Origin: Balanoglossus misakiensis
Taxonomy: Eukaryota; Animalia; Hemichordata
DNA length: 64,000 nt
Direction of reading: 5' to 3'
Assembly: GCA_040954595.2 (NCBI GenBank)
Contig: CM082595.2
Span: 9,971,918-10,035,917 of the forward strand
Below, piece after piece: positions 1 through 11,600 of the stretch. The notes under the pieces are model-generated. The model was not told where the DNA came from. It searched no databases and saw only the letters and a program-made list of their open reading frames with translations. Positions within the stretch are counted from its first letter, which is position 1, and the number at the start of each line of letters is the position of its first letter. The translations under genes and the position numbers were made by a program.

Positions 1-678
1 GAGCCCGAATTTAACCAGGGCGTTTCAAACACCGACGTTTGTTGGGGGCACGGCCTACAGTACTGCCGGGTAAGCTGACATCGGCGTACCGCATATAATG
101 TAAGGGGGGGGGGGGCAGAACGGTTCAATACTACATTTATTAGATATCAGCTAATTTTGGACAATCATCTAAAATCTAAATCATTTTTTCATATTTGGAT
201 ATCTGATGATGTATGAAATTTCCATTATATGTAAAATTGGTGCTTATTATAAAACATGCACTCTGAATGAACTGATTTAATACAAGATTGCGTTTTATTC
301 GTTTTTGCACCAAAAAGGTCATTTTTAGGCAAAACATTCTTTATTTTTTTAATTCGGTGACCTGATCATATATAAACAATTGCTTGTATGTTAAAAGTTT
401 TTATGACTTTTAAAAGCAGTGACACTGGCGGCATTCATCACGAAAATAACAATTTTAGCCACAATTTAGTCAAAATGGTAAATTTTTGAAATTTACAAAA
501 AATACCTGTTTTCTACATTTTCGGAAATCTGATGGAGTGTAGAATGCTCTTCGTATGTATATATCGATACAATTTCCACAAAAGACCGTCTAATTTGGCT
601 CACTGCAGACAAAATTGCGTTTTACCAAATTTTCCTTGAAAATGTCATTTTTAGAAAAAAAAAAAAAAACCTTTGTTC

Positions 679-1150
679 TTCGAATTTGGTGCCCTGATCA
701 TATATGACATGTTGATTGTATGTTAAAACTCTCGACTACTCCAAAAATGCTGAGATATTGACGGAATTCAAGAAAAATAGCCATTTTGGCCATATTTTGA
801 CAAAAATTGTAAATTTTTGAAAAATCATAAAAAATTAACTCTTTTCTTCATTTTCGGAAATATTATGGAGCATGAAGTGTCGTTCTCTTGTAAAAAGTGC
901 TGCAAATTCCAGAATTCGAATTTGGTGCCCTGATCATATATGACATGTTGATTGTATGTTAGAACTCTCGACTACTCCAAAAATGCTGAGATATTGACGG
1001 AATTCAAGAAAAATAGCCATTTTGGCCATATTTTGACAAAAATGGTAAATTTTTGAAAAATCATAAAAAATTAACTCTTTTCTTCATTTTCGGAAATATT
1101 ATGGAGCATGAAGTGTCGTTCTCTTGTAAAAAGTGCTGCAAATTCCAGAA
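679..1150 (+). repeat. 236-bp tandem duplication inside AT module (unit 1)
   Basis: 679-914 is repeated at 915-1150; novel junction ...aattccagaa|ttcgaatttggtgccc. Confidence 0.93.
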
Positions 1151-1302
1151 AAGGCGGTATAATTTGAATCACCCAAGACAAAATTGCCATTTTCGACTTT
1201 TTTTCGAAATATTGTTTTTTTACAAAATAAATAAGAATAAATTCTTTTCTTAGTTCCAAACGGGTAGAGATACTTTCCACACGGATTTCTAACATTGAAT
1301 TC

Positions 1303-2345
1303 CCGTTCATCAACTCAGATTTCCTACAGCATAAGTCGGCTAAAACCCTGACACTCTAGAGCAGAAACAGTTGCACACTGGTAACGTTGAACAAGTCGAT
1401 TTTTCTACGGCCTGGCTCGGCTAAATCTCCGTCACAATATGACAGACACTAGCGTACGTTAGCAACGGTGATCAAGTCAGATTTTCTACGGCATGGCTTG
1501 GATAAAGCCCCGGCACTCTAGAGCAGAAACACGCGTACAGAGACCACGTTGATCAAGTCTGATCTCCTACGGCTTGGCTCGACTAAAACCCCGGCACACT
1601 ATGACAGACATTAGCGTTCGTTAGCAACGTTGATCAAGTCAGATTTCCTACGGCATGGCTTGGCTAAAGCCCTGGCACTCTAGAGCAGAAACACGCGTAC
1701 AGAGACCACGTTGATCTACTCACATTTCCTTCGGCCTGGCACGGCTGATGCCCCGGCACTATATATAGGACACAAACTGGCGTAAGTTAACAACGGTAAT
1801 CACGTCGGGTTTCCCACGGCCTGGCTCAGCTGAAGCCCCGGCTCTCTAGAGCAGAAACAGGCGTACATTGACCACGTTGATCAAGTAAGATTTCCTACGG
1901 CGTGACTCGGCTGGTACACCGGCTCTATATGACACAGACTGGCGTAAGTTATCAACGGTGATTACGTCGGATTTCATACGGCCTGGTTTAGCTAAAGCCC
2001 CGGCACTTTAGAGCAGAAACAGGCGTACATTGACCACGTTGATCAAGTCAGATTTCCTACGGCGTGACTCGGCTGGTGCACCGGCTCTATATGACACAGA
2101 CTGGCGTGAGTTATCAACGGTGATTACGCCGGATTTCCTACGGCATGGTCTAGCTGAAGCCCCGGCACTTTAGAGCGGAAACACGCGTACATTGACCACG
2201 ATGATCAAGTCAGATCTCCTACGGCCTGGCTCGACTAAAACCCCGGCACACCATGACAGACACTAGCGTTCGTTAGCAACGGTGATCAAGTCGGATTTCC
2301 TTCGGCCTGGCTCTGCAAAAGACCCGACACATTAGTACAAAGACG
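1303..2345 (+). repeat. GC-rich module: 81-bp monomers in A/B alternation (162-bp dimer); example with 13 monomers
   Basis: gatcaagtc-like anchors lie at 1308, 1389, 1470, 1551, 1632, 1713, 1798, 1879, 1960, 2041, 2122, 2203 and 2284 (81-bp steps; one 85-bp step at ctatatatagg). A monomers carry ctctagagcagaaac; B monomers carry atgacagacactagc or atgacacagactggc. Confidence 0.96.
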
Positions 2346-2620
2346 TTGGCTAAGTCGGGCAAACCGAAGAGGGAAAGTCACAGCGGGTCAACACTCGACA
2401 TTTGTTCGGGTAGGACTGCATTATTGCCTGTCAATTTATAGAGAAAGCCCGAATTTAACCAGGGCGTTTCAAACACCGACGTTATTTGGGGGCACGGCCT
2501 GCAGTACTGCCGGGTAAGCTGACATCGGCGTACCGCATATAATGAAGGGGGGGGGGGGGGGGACAGAACGGTTCAATACTACATTTATTAGATATCAGCT
2601 AATTTTGGACAATCATCTAA
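2346..2620 (+). other. Non-repetitive core of the unit with poly-G tract (example copy)
   Basis: This is the only part of the unit without internal periodicity. It contains the dyads gaaagccc..gggcgtttc (2443-2470) and gcagtactgc (2501-2510) and a G16 run (2547-2562). Boundaries approximate. Confidence 0.8.
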
Positions 2621-3520
2621 AATCTAAATCATTTTTTCATATTTGGATATCTGATGATGTATGAAATTTCCATTATATGTAAAAATGGTGCTGATTATAA
2701 AAAATGCACTCTGAATGAGCTGATTTAATACAAAATTGCGTTTTATTCGTTTTTGCACCAAAAAGGTCATTTTTAGGCAAAACATTCTTTATTTTTTTAA
2801 TTCGCTGACCTGATCATATATAAGCAATTGCTTGCATGTTAAAAGTTTTTATGACTTTTAAAAGCAGTGACACTGGCGGCATTCAACACGAAAATAACAA
2901 TTTTAACCACAATTTGGTCAAAATGGTAAATTTTTGAAAATTACAAAAAATACCTGTTTTCTACATTTTCGGAAATCTGATGGAGTATAGAATGCTCTTC
3001 GTATATATATATCGATACCAATTCCACAAAAGACCGTCTAATTTGGCTCACTGCAGACAAAATTGCGTTTTACCAAATTTTCCTTGAAAATGTCATTTTT
3101 AGAAAAATAAAATAAAAAAACCTTCGTTCTTCGAATTTGGTGCCCTGATCATATATGACATGTTGATTGTATGTTAAAACTCTCGACCACTCCAAAAATG
3201 CTGAGATATTGACGGAATTCAAGAAAAAATAGCCATTTTGGCCATATTTTGACAAAATGGTACATTTTTAAAAAATCATAAAAAATAAAACTCTTTTCTT
3301 CATTTTCGGAAATATTATGGAGCATGAAGTGTCGTTCTCTTGTAAAAAGTGCTGCAAATTCCAGAAAATGTGGTATAATTTGAATCACCCAAGACAAAAT
3401 TACCATTTTCGACTTGTTTTCGAAAAATTGTCTTTTTTACAAAATAAATAAGAATAAATTCTTTTCTTAGTTTCAAACGGGTAGAGATACTTTCCACACG
3501 GGTTTTCTAACATTGAATTC
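2621..3520 (+). repeat. AT-rich module: diverged ~165-bp monomers / ~330-bp dimer with A/T tracts (example copy)
   Basis: Motifs cctgatcatatat, cattttcggaaat, acaaaattgc and aaaatggtaaatttttgaaa recur at ~325-332-bp spacing. A weaker half-period match (aaaat..cattttNNcca.attt...aaaat.gt.atttt) recurs at ~163-168 bp. Confidence 0.85.
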
Positions 3521-5177
3521 CCGTTCATCAACTCAGATTTCCTACAGCATAAGTCGGCTAAAACCCTGACACTCTAGAGCAGAAACAGTTGGACACTGAT
3601 AACGTTGAACAAGTCGATTTTTCTACGGCCTGGCTCGGCTAAATCTCGTCACAATATGACAGACACTAGCGTACGTTAGCAACGGTGATCAAGTCAGATT
3701 TTCAACGGCATGGGTTGGATAAAGCCCCGGCACTCTAGAGCAGAAACACGCGTACAGAGACCACGTTGATCAAGTCTGATCTCCTACGGCTTGGCTCGAC
3801 TAAAACCCCGGCACACTATGACAGATACTAGCGTTCGTTAGCAACTTTGATCAAGTCAGATTTCCTACGGCATGGCTTAACTAAAGCCCTGGCACTCTAG
3901 AGCAGAAACACGCGTACAGAGACCACGTTGATCTTCTCACATTTCCTTCGGCCTGGCACGGCTGATGCCCCGGCACTATATATAGGACACAGACTGGCGT
4001 AAGTTAATAACGGTAATCACGTCGGGTTTTCTTACGGCCTGGCTCAGCTGAAGCCCCGGCACTCTAGAGCAGAAACAGGCGTACATTGACCACGTTGATC
4101 AAGTCAGATTTCCTACGGCGTGACTCGGCTGGTGCACCGGCTCTATATGACACAGACTGGCGTAAGTTATGAACGGTGATTACGTCGGATTTCCTACGGC
4201 CTGGTTTAGCTGAAGCCCCGGCACTTTAGAGCGGAAACACGCGTACATTGACGACGATGATGAAGTCAGATCTCCTACGGCCTGGCTCGACTAAAACCCC
4301 GGCACACCATGACAGACACTAGCGTTCGTTAGCAACGGTGATCAAGTCGGATTTCCTTCGGCCTGGCTCTGCAAAAGACCCGACACTCTAGTACAAAGAC
4401 GTTGGCTAAGTCGGGCAAACCGAACAGGGAAAGTCACAGCGGTTCAACACTTGACATTTGTTCCGGTAGGACTGCATTATTGCCTGTCGATTTATAGAGA
4501 GAGCCCGAATTTAACCAGGGCGTTTCAAACACCGACGTTTGTTGGGGGCACGGCCTACAGTACTGCCGGGTAAGCTGACATCGGCGTACCGCATATAATG
4601 TAAGGGGGGGGGGCAGAACGGTTCAATACTACATTTATTAGATATCAGCTAATTTTGGACAATCATCTAAAATCTAAATCATTTTTTCATATTTGGATAT
4701 CTGATGATGTATGAAATTTCCATTATATGTAAAATTGGTGCTTATTATAAAACATGCACTCTGAATGAACTGATTTAATACAAGATTGCGTTTTATTCGT
4801 TTTTGCACCAAAAAGGTCATTTTTAGGCAAAACATTCTTTATTTTTTTAATTCGGTGACCTGATCATATATAAACAATTGCTTGTATGTTAAAAGTTTTT
4901 ATGACTTTTAAAAGCAGTGACACTGGCGGCATTCATCACGAAAATAACAATTTTAGCCACAATTTAGTCAAAATGGTAAATTTTTGAAATTTACAAAAAA
5001 TACCTGTTTTCTACATTTTCGGAAATCTGATGGAGTGTAGAATGCTCTTCGTATGTATATATCGATACTATTTCCACAAAAGACCGTCTAATTTGGCTCA
5101 CTGCAGACAAAATTGCGTTTTACCAAATTTTCCTTGAAAATGTCATTTTTAGAAAAAAAAAAAAAAAACCTTTGTTC

Positions 5178-5649
5178 TTCGAATTTGGTGCCCTGATCAT
5201 ATATGACATGTTGATTGTATGTTAAAACTCTCGACTACTCCAAAAATGCTGAGATATTGACGGAATTCAAGAAAAATAGCCATTTTGGCCATATTTTGAC
5301 AAAAATGGTAAATTTTTGAAAAATCATAAAAAATTAACTCTTTTCTTCATTTTCGGAAATATTATGGAGCATGAAGTGTCGTTCTCTTGTAAAAAGTGCT
5401 GCAAATTCCAGAATTCGAATTTGGTGCCCTGATCATATATGACATGTTGATTGTATGTTAAAACTCTCGACTACTCCAAAAATGCTGAGATATTGACGGA
5501 ATTCAAGAAAAATAGCCATTTTGGCCATATTTTGACAAAAATGGTAAATTTTTGAAAAATCATAAAAAATTAACTCTTTTCTTCATTTTCGGAAATATTA
5601 TGGAGCATGAAGTGTCGTTCTCTTGTAAAAAGTGCTGCAAATTCCAGAA
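5178..5649 (+). repeat. Second copy of the 236-bp AT-module duplication (unit 3)
   Basis: The same junction occurs at 5413/5414, 4499 bp after the first; 1-~2000 is nearly identical to 4501-~6490. Confidence 0.93.
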
Positions 5650-8600
5650 AAGGCGGTATAATTTGAATCACCCAAGACAAAATTGCCATTTTCGACTTTT
5701 TTTCGAAATATTGTTTTTTTACAAAATAAATAAGAATAAATTCTTTTCTTAGTTCCAAACGGGTAGAGATACTTTCCACACGGATTTCTAACATTGAATT
5801 CCCGTTCATCAACTCAGATTTCCTACAGCATAAGTCGGCTAAAACCCTGACACTCTAGAGCAGAAACAGTTGCACACTGGTAACGTTGAACAAGTCGATT
5901 TTTCTACGGCCTGGCTCGGCTAAATCTCCGTCACAATATGACAGACACTAGCGTACGTTAGCAACGGTGATCAAGTCAGATTTTCTACGGCATGGCTTGG
6001 ATAAAGCCCCGGCACTCTAGAGCAGAAACACGCGTACAGAGACCACGTTGATCAAGTCTGATCTCCTACGGCTTGGCTCGACTAAAACCCCGGCACACTA
6101 TGACAGACATTAGCGTTCGTTAGCAACGTTGATCAAGTCAGATTTCCTACGGCATGGCTTGGCTAAAGCCCTGGCACTCTAGAGCAGAAACACGCGTACA
6201 GAGACCACGTTGATCTACTCACATTTCCTTCGGCCTGGCACGGCTGATGCCCCGGCACTATATATAGGACACAAACTGGCGTAAGTTAACAACGGTAATC
6301 ACGTCGGGTTTCCCACGGCCTGGCTCAGCTGAAGCCCCGGCTCTCTAGAGCAGAAACAGGCGTACATTGACCACGTTGATCAAGTAAGATTTCCTACGGC
6401 GTGACTCGGCTGGTACACCGGCTCTATATGACACAGACTGGCGTAAGTTATCAACGGTGATTACGTCAGATTTCATACGGCCTGGTTTAGCTGAAGCCCC
6501 GGCACTTTAGAGCGGAAACACGCGTACATTGACCACGATGATCAAGTCAGATCTCCTACGGCCTGGCTCGACTAAAACCCCGGCACACCATGACAGACAC
6601 TAGCGTTCGTTAGCAACGGTGATCAAGTCGGATTTCCTTCGGCCTGGCTCTGCAAAAGACCCGACACTCTAGTACAAAGACGTTGGCTAAGTCGGGCAAA
6701 CCGAAGAGGGAAAGTCACAGCGGGTCAACACTCGACATTTGTTCCGGTAGGACTACATTATTGCCTGTCAATTTATAGAGAAAGCCCGAATTTAACCAGG
6801 GCGTTTCAAACACCGACGTTAGTTGTGGGCACGGCCTGCTGTACTGATGGGTAAGCTGACATCGGCGTACCGCATGTAATGTAGGGGGGGGGGGGGACAG
6901 AACGGTTCAATACTACATTTATTAGATATCAGCTACTTTTGGACAATCATCTAAAATCTAAATCATTTTTTCATATTTGGATATCTGATGATGTATGAAA
7001 TTTCCATTATATGTAAAAATGGTGCTGATTATAAAAAATGCACTCTGAATGAGCTGATTTAATACAAAATTGCGTTTTATTCGTTTTTGCACCAAAAAGG
7101 TCATTTTTAGGGAAAACATTCTTTATTCTTTAAATTAGGTGACCTGATCATATATAAACAATTGCTTGTATGTTAAAAGTTTTAATGACTTTTAAAAGCA
7201 GTGACACTGGCGGCATTCAACGCGAAAATAACAATTTTAGCCACAATTCGGTCAAAATGGTAAATTTTTGAAAATTACAAAAAATACCTGTTTTCTACAT
7301 TTTCGGAAATCTGATGGAGTATAGAATGCTCTTCGTATACATATATCGATACAAATTCCACAAAAAAACGGCCAATTTGGCTCACTACAGACAAAATTGC
7401 GTTTTACCAAATTTTCCTTGAAAATGTCATTTTTAGAAAAAAAAATAAAAAAAAACCTTTGTTCATCGAATTTGGTGCCCTGATCATATATGACATGTTG
7501 ATTGTATGTTAAAACTTTAGACCACTCCAAAAATGCAGAGATATTGACGGAATTCAAGAAAAAATAGCCATTTTGGCCATATTTTGACAAAAATTGTAAA
7601 TTTTTAAAAAATCATAAAAAATTAACTCTTTTCTTCATTTTCGGAAATATTATGGAGCATGAAGTGTCGTTCTCTTGTAAAAAGTGCTGCAAATTCCAGA
7701 AAAGGCGGTATAATTTGAATCACCCATGACAAAATTACCATTTTCGACTTTTTTTCGAAAAATTGTGATTTTTTCAAAATAAATAAGAATAAATTCTTTT
7801 CTTAGTTTCAAAAGGGTAGAGACACTTTCCACACAGGTTTTTAAACATTGAATTCCCATTCATCAACTCAGATTTCCTACAGCATAAGTCGGCTAAAACC
7901 CTGACACTCTAGAGCAGAAACAGTTGCACACTGGTAACGTTGAACAAGTCGATTTTTCTACGGCCTGTCTCGGCTAAATCTCCGTCACAATATGACAGAC
8001 ACTAGCGTTCGTTAGCAACGTTGATCAAGTCAGATTTCCTACGGCATGGCTTGGCTAAAGCCCTGGCACTCTAGAGCAGAAACACGCGTACAGAAACCAC
8101 GTTGATCTACTCACATTTCCTTCGGCCTGGCACGGCTGATGCCCCGGCAGTATATATAGGACACAGACTGGCGTAAGTTAACAACGGTAATCACGTCGGG
8201 TTTCCTACGGCCTGGCTCAGCTGAAGCCCCGGCACTCTAGAGCAGAAACAGGCGTATATTGACCACGTTGATCAAGTCAGATGTCCTACGGCGTGACTCC
8301 GCTGGTGCACCGGCTCTATATGACACAGACTGGCGTAAGTTATCAACGGTGATTACGTCGGATTTCCTACGGCCTTGTTTAGCTCAAGCCCCGGCACTTT
8401 AGAGCGGAAACACGCGTACATTGACCACGATGATCAAGTCAGATCTCCTACGGTTTGGCTCGACTAAAACCCCGGCACACTATGACAGACACTAGTGTTC
8501 GTTAGCAACGTTGATCAAGTCAGATTTCCTTCGGCCTGGCTCTGCAAAAGACCCGACACATTAGTACAAAGACGTTGGCTAAGTCGGGCAAACCGAAGAG

Positions 8601-11600
8601 GGAAAGTCACAGCGGGTCAACACTCGACATTTGTTCGGGTAGGACTGCATTATTGCCTGTCAATTTATAGAGAAAGCCCGAATTTAACCAGGGCGTTTCA
8701 AACACCGACGTTATTTGGGGGCACGGCCTGCAGTACTGCCGGGTAAGCTGACATCGGCGTACCGCATATAATGTAGGGGGGGGGGGGGACAGAACGGTTC
8801 AATACTACATTTATTAGATATCAGCTAATTTTGGACAATCATCTAAAATCTAAATCATTTTTTCATATTTGGATATCTGATGATGTATGAAATTTTCAAT
8901 ATATGTAAAAATGGTGCTGATTATAAAAAATGCACTCTGAATGAGCTGATTTAATACAAAATTGCGTTTTATTCGTTTTTGCACCAAAAAGGTCATTTTT
9001 AGGCAAAACATTCTTTATTTTTTTAATTCGGTGGCCTGATCATATATAAGCAATTGCTTGCATGTTAAAAGTTTTTATGACTTTTAAAAGCAGTGACACT
9101 GGCGGCATTCAACACGAAAATAACAATTTTAACCACAATTTGGTCAAAATGGTAAATTTTTGAAAATTACAAAAGATACCTGTTTTCTACATTTTCGGAA
9201 ATCTGATGGAGTATAGAATGCTCTTCGTATATATATATCGATACAAATTCCACAAAAGACCGTCTAATTTGGCTCACTGCAGACAAAATTGCGTTTTACC
9301 AAATTTTTCTTGAAAATGTCATTTTTAGAAAAATAAAATAAAAAAACCTTCGTTCTTCGAATTTGGTGCCCTGATCATATATGACATGTTGATTGTATGT
9401 TAAAACTTTCGACCACTCCAAAAATGCAGAGATATTGACGGAATTCAAGAAAAAATAGCCATTTTGGCCATATTTTGACAAAATGGTACATTTTTAAAAA
9501 ATCATAAAAAATAAACTCTTTTCTTCATTTTCGGAAATATTATGGAGCATGAAGTGTCGTTCTCTTGTAAAAAGTGCTGCAAATTCCAGAAAAGGCGGTA
9601 TAATTTGAATCACCCAAGACAAAATTGCAATTTTTCGACTTTTTTTCGAAAAATTGTCTTTTTTACAAAATAAATAAGAATAAATTCTTTTCTTAGTTTC
9701 AAACGGGTAGAGATACTTTCCACACGGGTTTTCTAACATTGAATTCCCGTCATCAACTCAGATTTCCTACAGCATAAGTCGGCTAAAACCCTGACACTCT
9801 AGAGCAGAAACAGTTGCACACTGGTAACGTTGAACAAGTCGATTTTTCTACGGCCTGGCTCGGCTAAATCTCCGTCACAATATGACAGACACTAGCGTAC
9901 GTTAGCAACGGTGATCAAGTCAGATTTTCTACGGCATGGGTTGGATAAAGCCCCGGCACTCTAGAGCAGAAACACGCGTACAGAGACCACGTTGATCAAG
10001 TCTGATCTCCTACGGCTTGGCTCGACTAAAACCCCGGCACACTATGACAGACATTAGCGTTCGTTAGCAACGTTGATCAAGTTAGATTTCCTACGGCATG
10101 GCTTGGCTAAAGCCCTGGCACTCTAGAGCAGAAACACGCGTACAGAGACCACGTTGATCTACTCACATTTCCTTCGGCCTGGCACGGCTGATGCCCCGGC
10201 ACTATATATAGGACACAAACTGGCGTAAGTTAACAACGGTAATCACGTCGGGTTTCCCACGGCCTGGCTCAGCTGAAGCCCCGGCACTCTAGAGCAGAAA
10301 CAGGCGTACATTGACCACGTTGATCAAGTAAGATTTCCTACGGCGTGACTCGGCTGGTGCACCGGCTCTATATGACACAGACTGGCGTAAGTTATCAACG
10401 GTGATTACGTCGGATTTCCTACGGCATGGTTTAGCTGAAGCCCCGGCACTTTAGAGCGGAAACACGCGTACATTGACCACGATGATCAAGTCAGATCTCC
10501 TACGGCCTGGCTCGACTAAAACCCCGGCACACCATGACAGACACTAGCGTTCGTTAGCAACGGTGATCAAGTCGGATTTCCTTCGGCCTGGCTCTGCAAA
10601 AGACCCGACACATTAGTACAAAGACGTTGGCTAAGTCGGGCAAACCGAAGAGGGAAAGTCACAGCGGGTCAACACTCGACATTTGTTCGGGTAGGACTGT
10701 ATTATTGCCTGTCAATTTATAGAGAAAGCCCGAATTTAACCAGGGCGTTTCAAACACCGACGTTATTTGGGGGCACGGCCTGCAGTACTGCCGGGTAAGC
10801 TGACATCGGCGTACCGCATATAATGTAGGGGGGGGGGACAGAACGGTTCAATACTACATTTATTAGATATCAGCTAATTTTGGACAATCATCTAAAATCT
10901 AAATCATGTTTTCATATTTGGATATCTGATGATGTATGAAATTTCCAATATATGTAAAAATGGTGCTGATTATAAAAAATGCACTCTGAATGAGCTGATT
11001 TAATACAAAATTGCGTTTTATTCGTTTTTGCACCAAAAAGGTCATTTTTAGGCAAAACATTCTTTATTTTTTTAATTCGGTGGCCTGATCATATATAAGC
11101 AATTGCTTGCATGTTAAAAGTTTTTATGACTTTTAAAAGCAGTGACACTGGCGGCATTCAACACGAAAATAACAATTTTAACCACAATTTGGTCAAAATG
11201 GTAAATTTTTGAAAATTACAAAAGATACCTGTTTTCTACATTTTCGGAAATCTGATGGAGTATAGAATGCTCTTCGTATATATATATCGATACAAATTCC
11301 ACAAAAGATCGTCTAATTTGGCTCACTGCAGACAAAATTGCGTTTTACCAAATTTTTCTTGAAAATGTCATTTTTAGAAAAATAAAATAAAAAAACCTTC
11401 GTTCTTCGAATTTGGTGCCCTGATCATATATGACATGTTGATTGTATGTTAAAACTTTCGACCACTCCAAAAATGCAGAGATATTGACGGAATTCAAGAA
11501 AAAATAGCCATTTTGGCCATATTTTGACAAAATGGTACATTTTTAAAAAATCATAAAAAATAAACTCTTTTCTTCATTTTCGGAAATATTATGGAGCATG

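Noticed and set aside
190-232. Hammerhead-like core ggatat-CTGATGA-tgtat-GAAA-tttcc in every unit (satellite-borne hammerheads are known)
   Set aside because: No pairable stem II (tgtat), stem I at most 4 bp, and the homologous position one AT period later reads ctgatgga without GAAA. An Rfam search or cleavage assay would settle it, but the sequence does not support it.
1303-2345. CRISPR-like regular repeat
   Set aside because: There are no unique spacers: whole monomers are homologous, no cas genes are present, and the context is eukaryotic.
2410-2445. TATA-like tataaa followed by cagtc on the minus strand of the core
   Set aside because: Spacing to the putative initiator is ~24 nt, shorter than typical, and such short motifs are expected by chance.
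2346-2620. Tandem 5S rRNA, tRNA, snRNA or SL RNA gene in the 2-kb unit
   Set aside because: No recognisable sequence of these RNAs and no convincing Pol III A/B boxes or Sm-site context on either strand.
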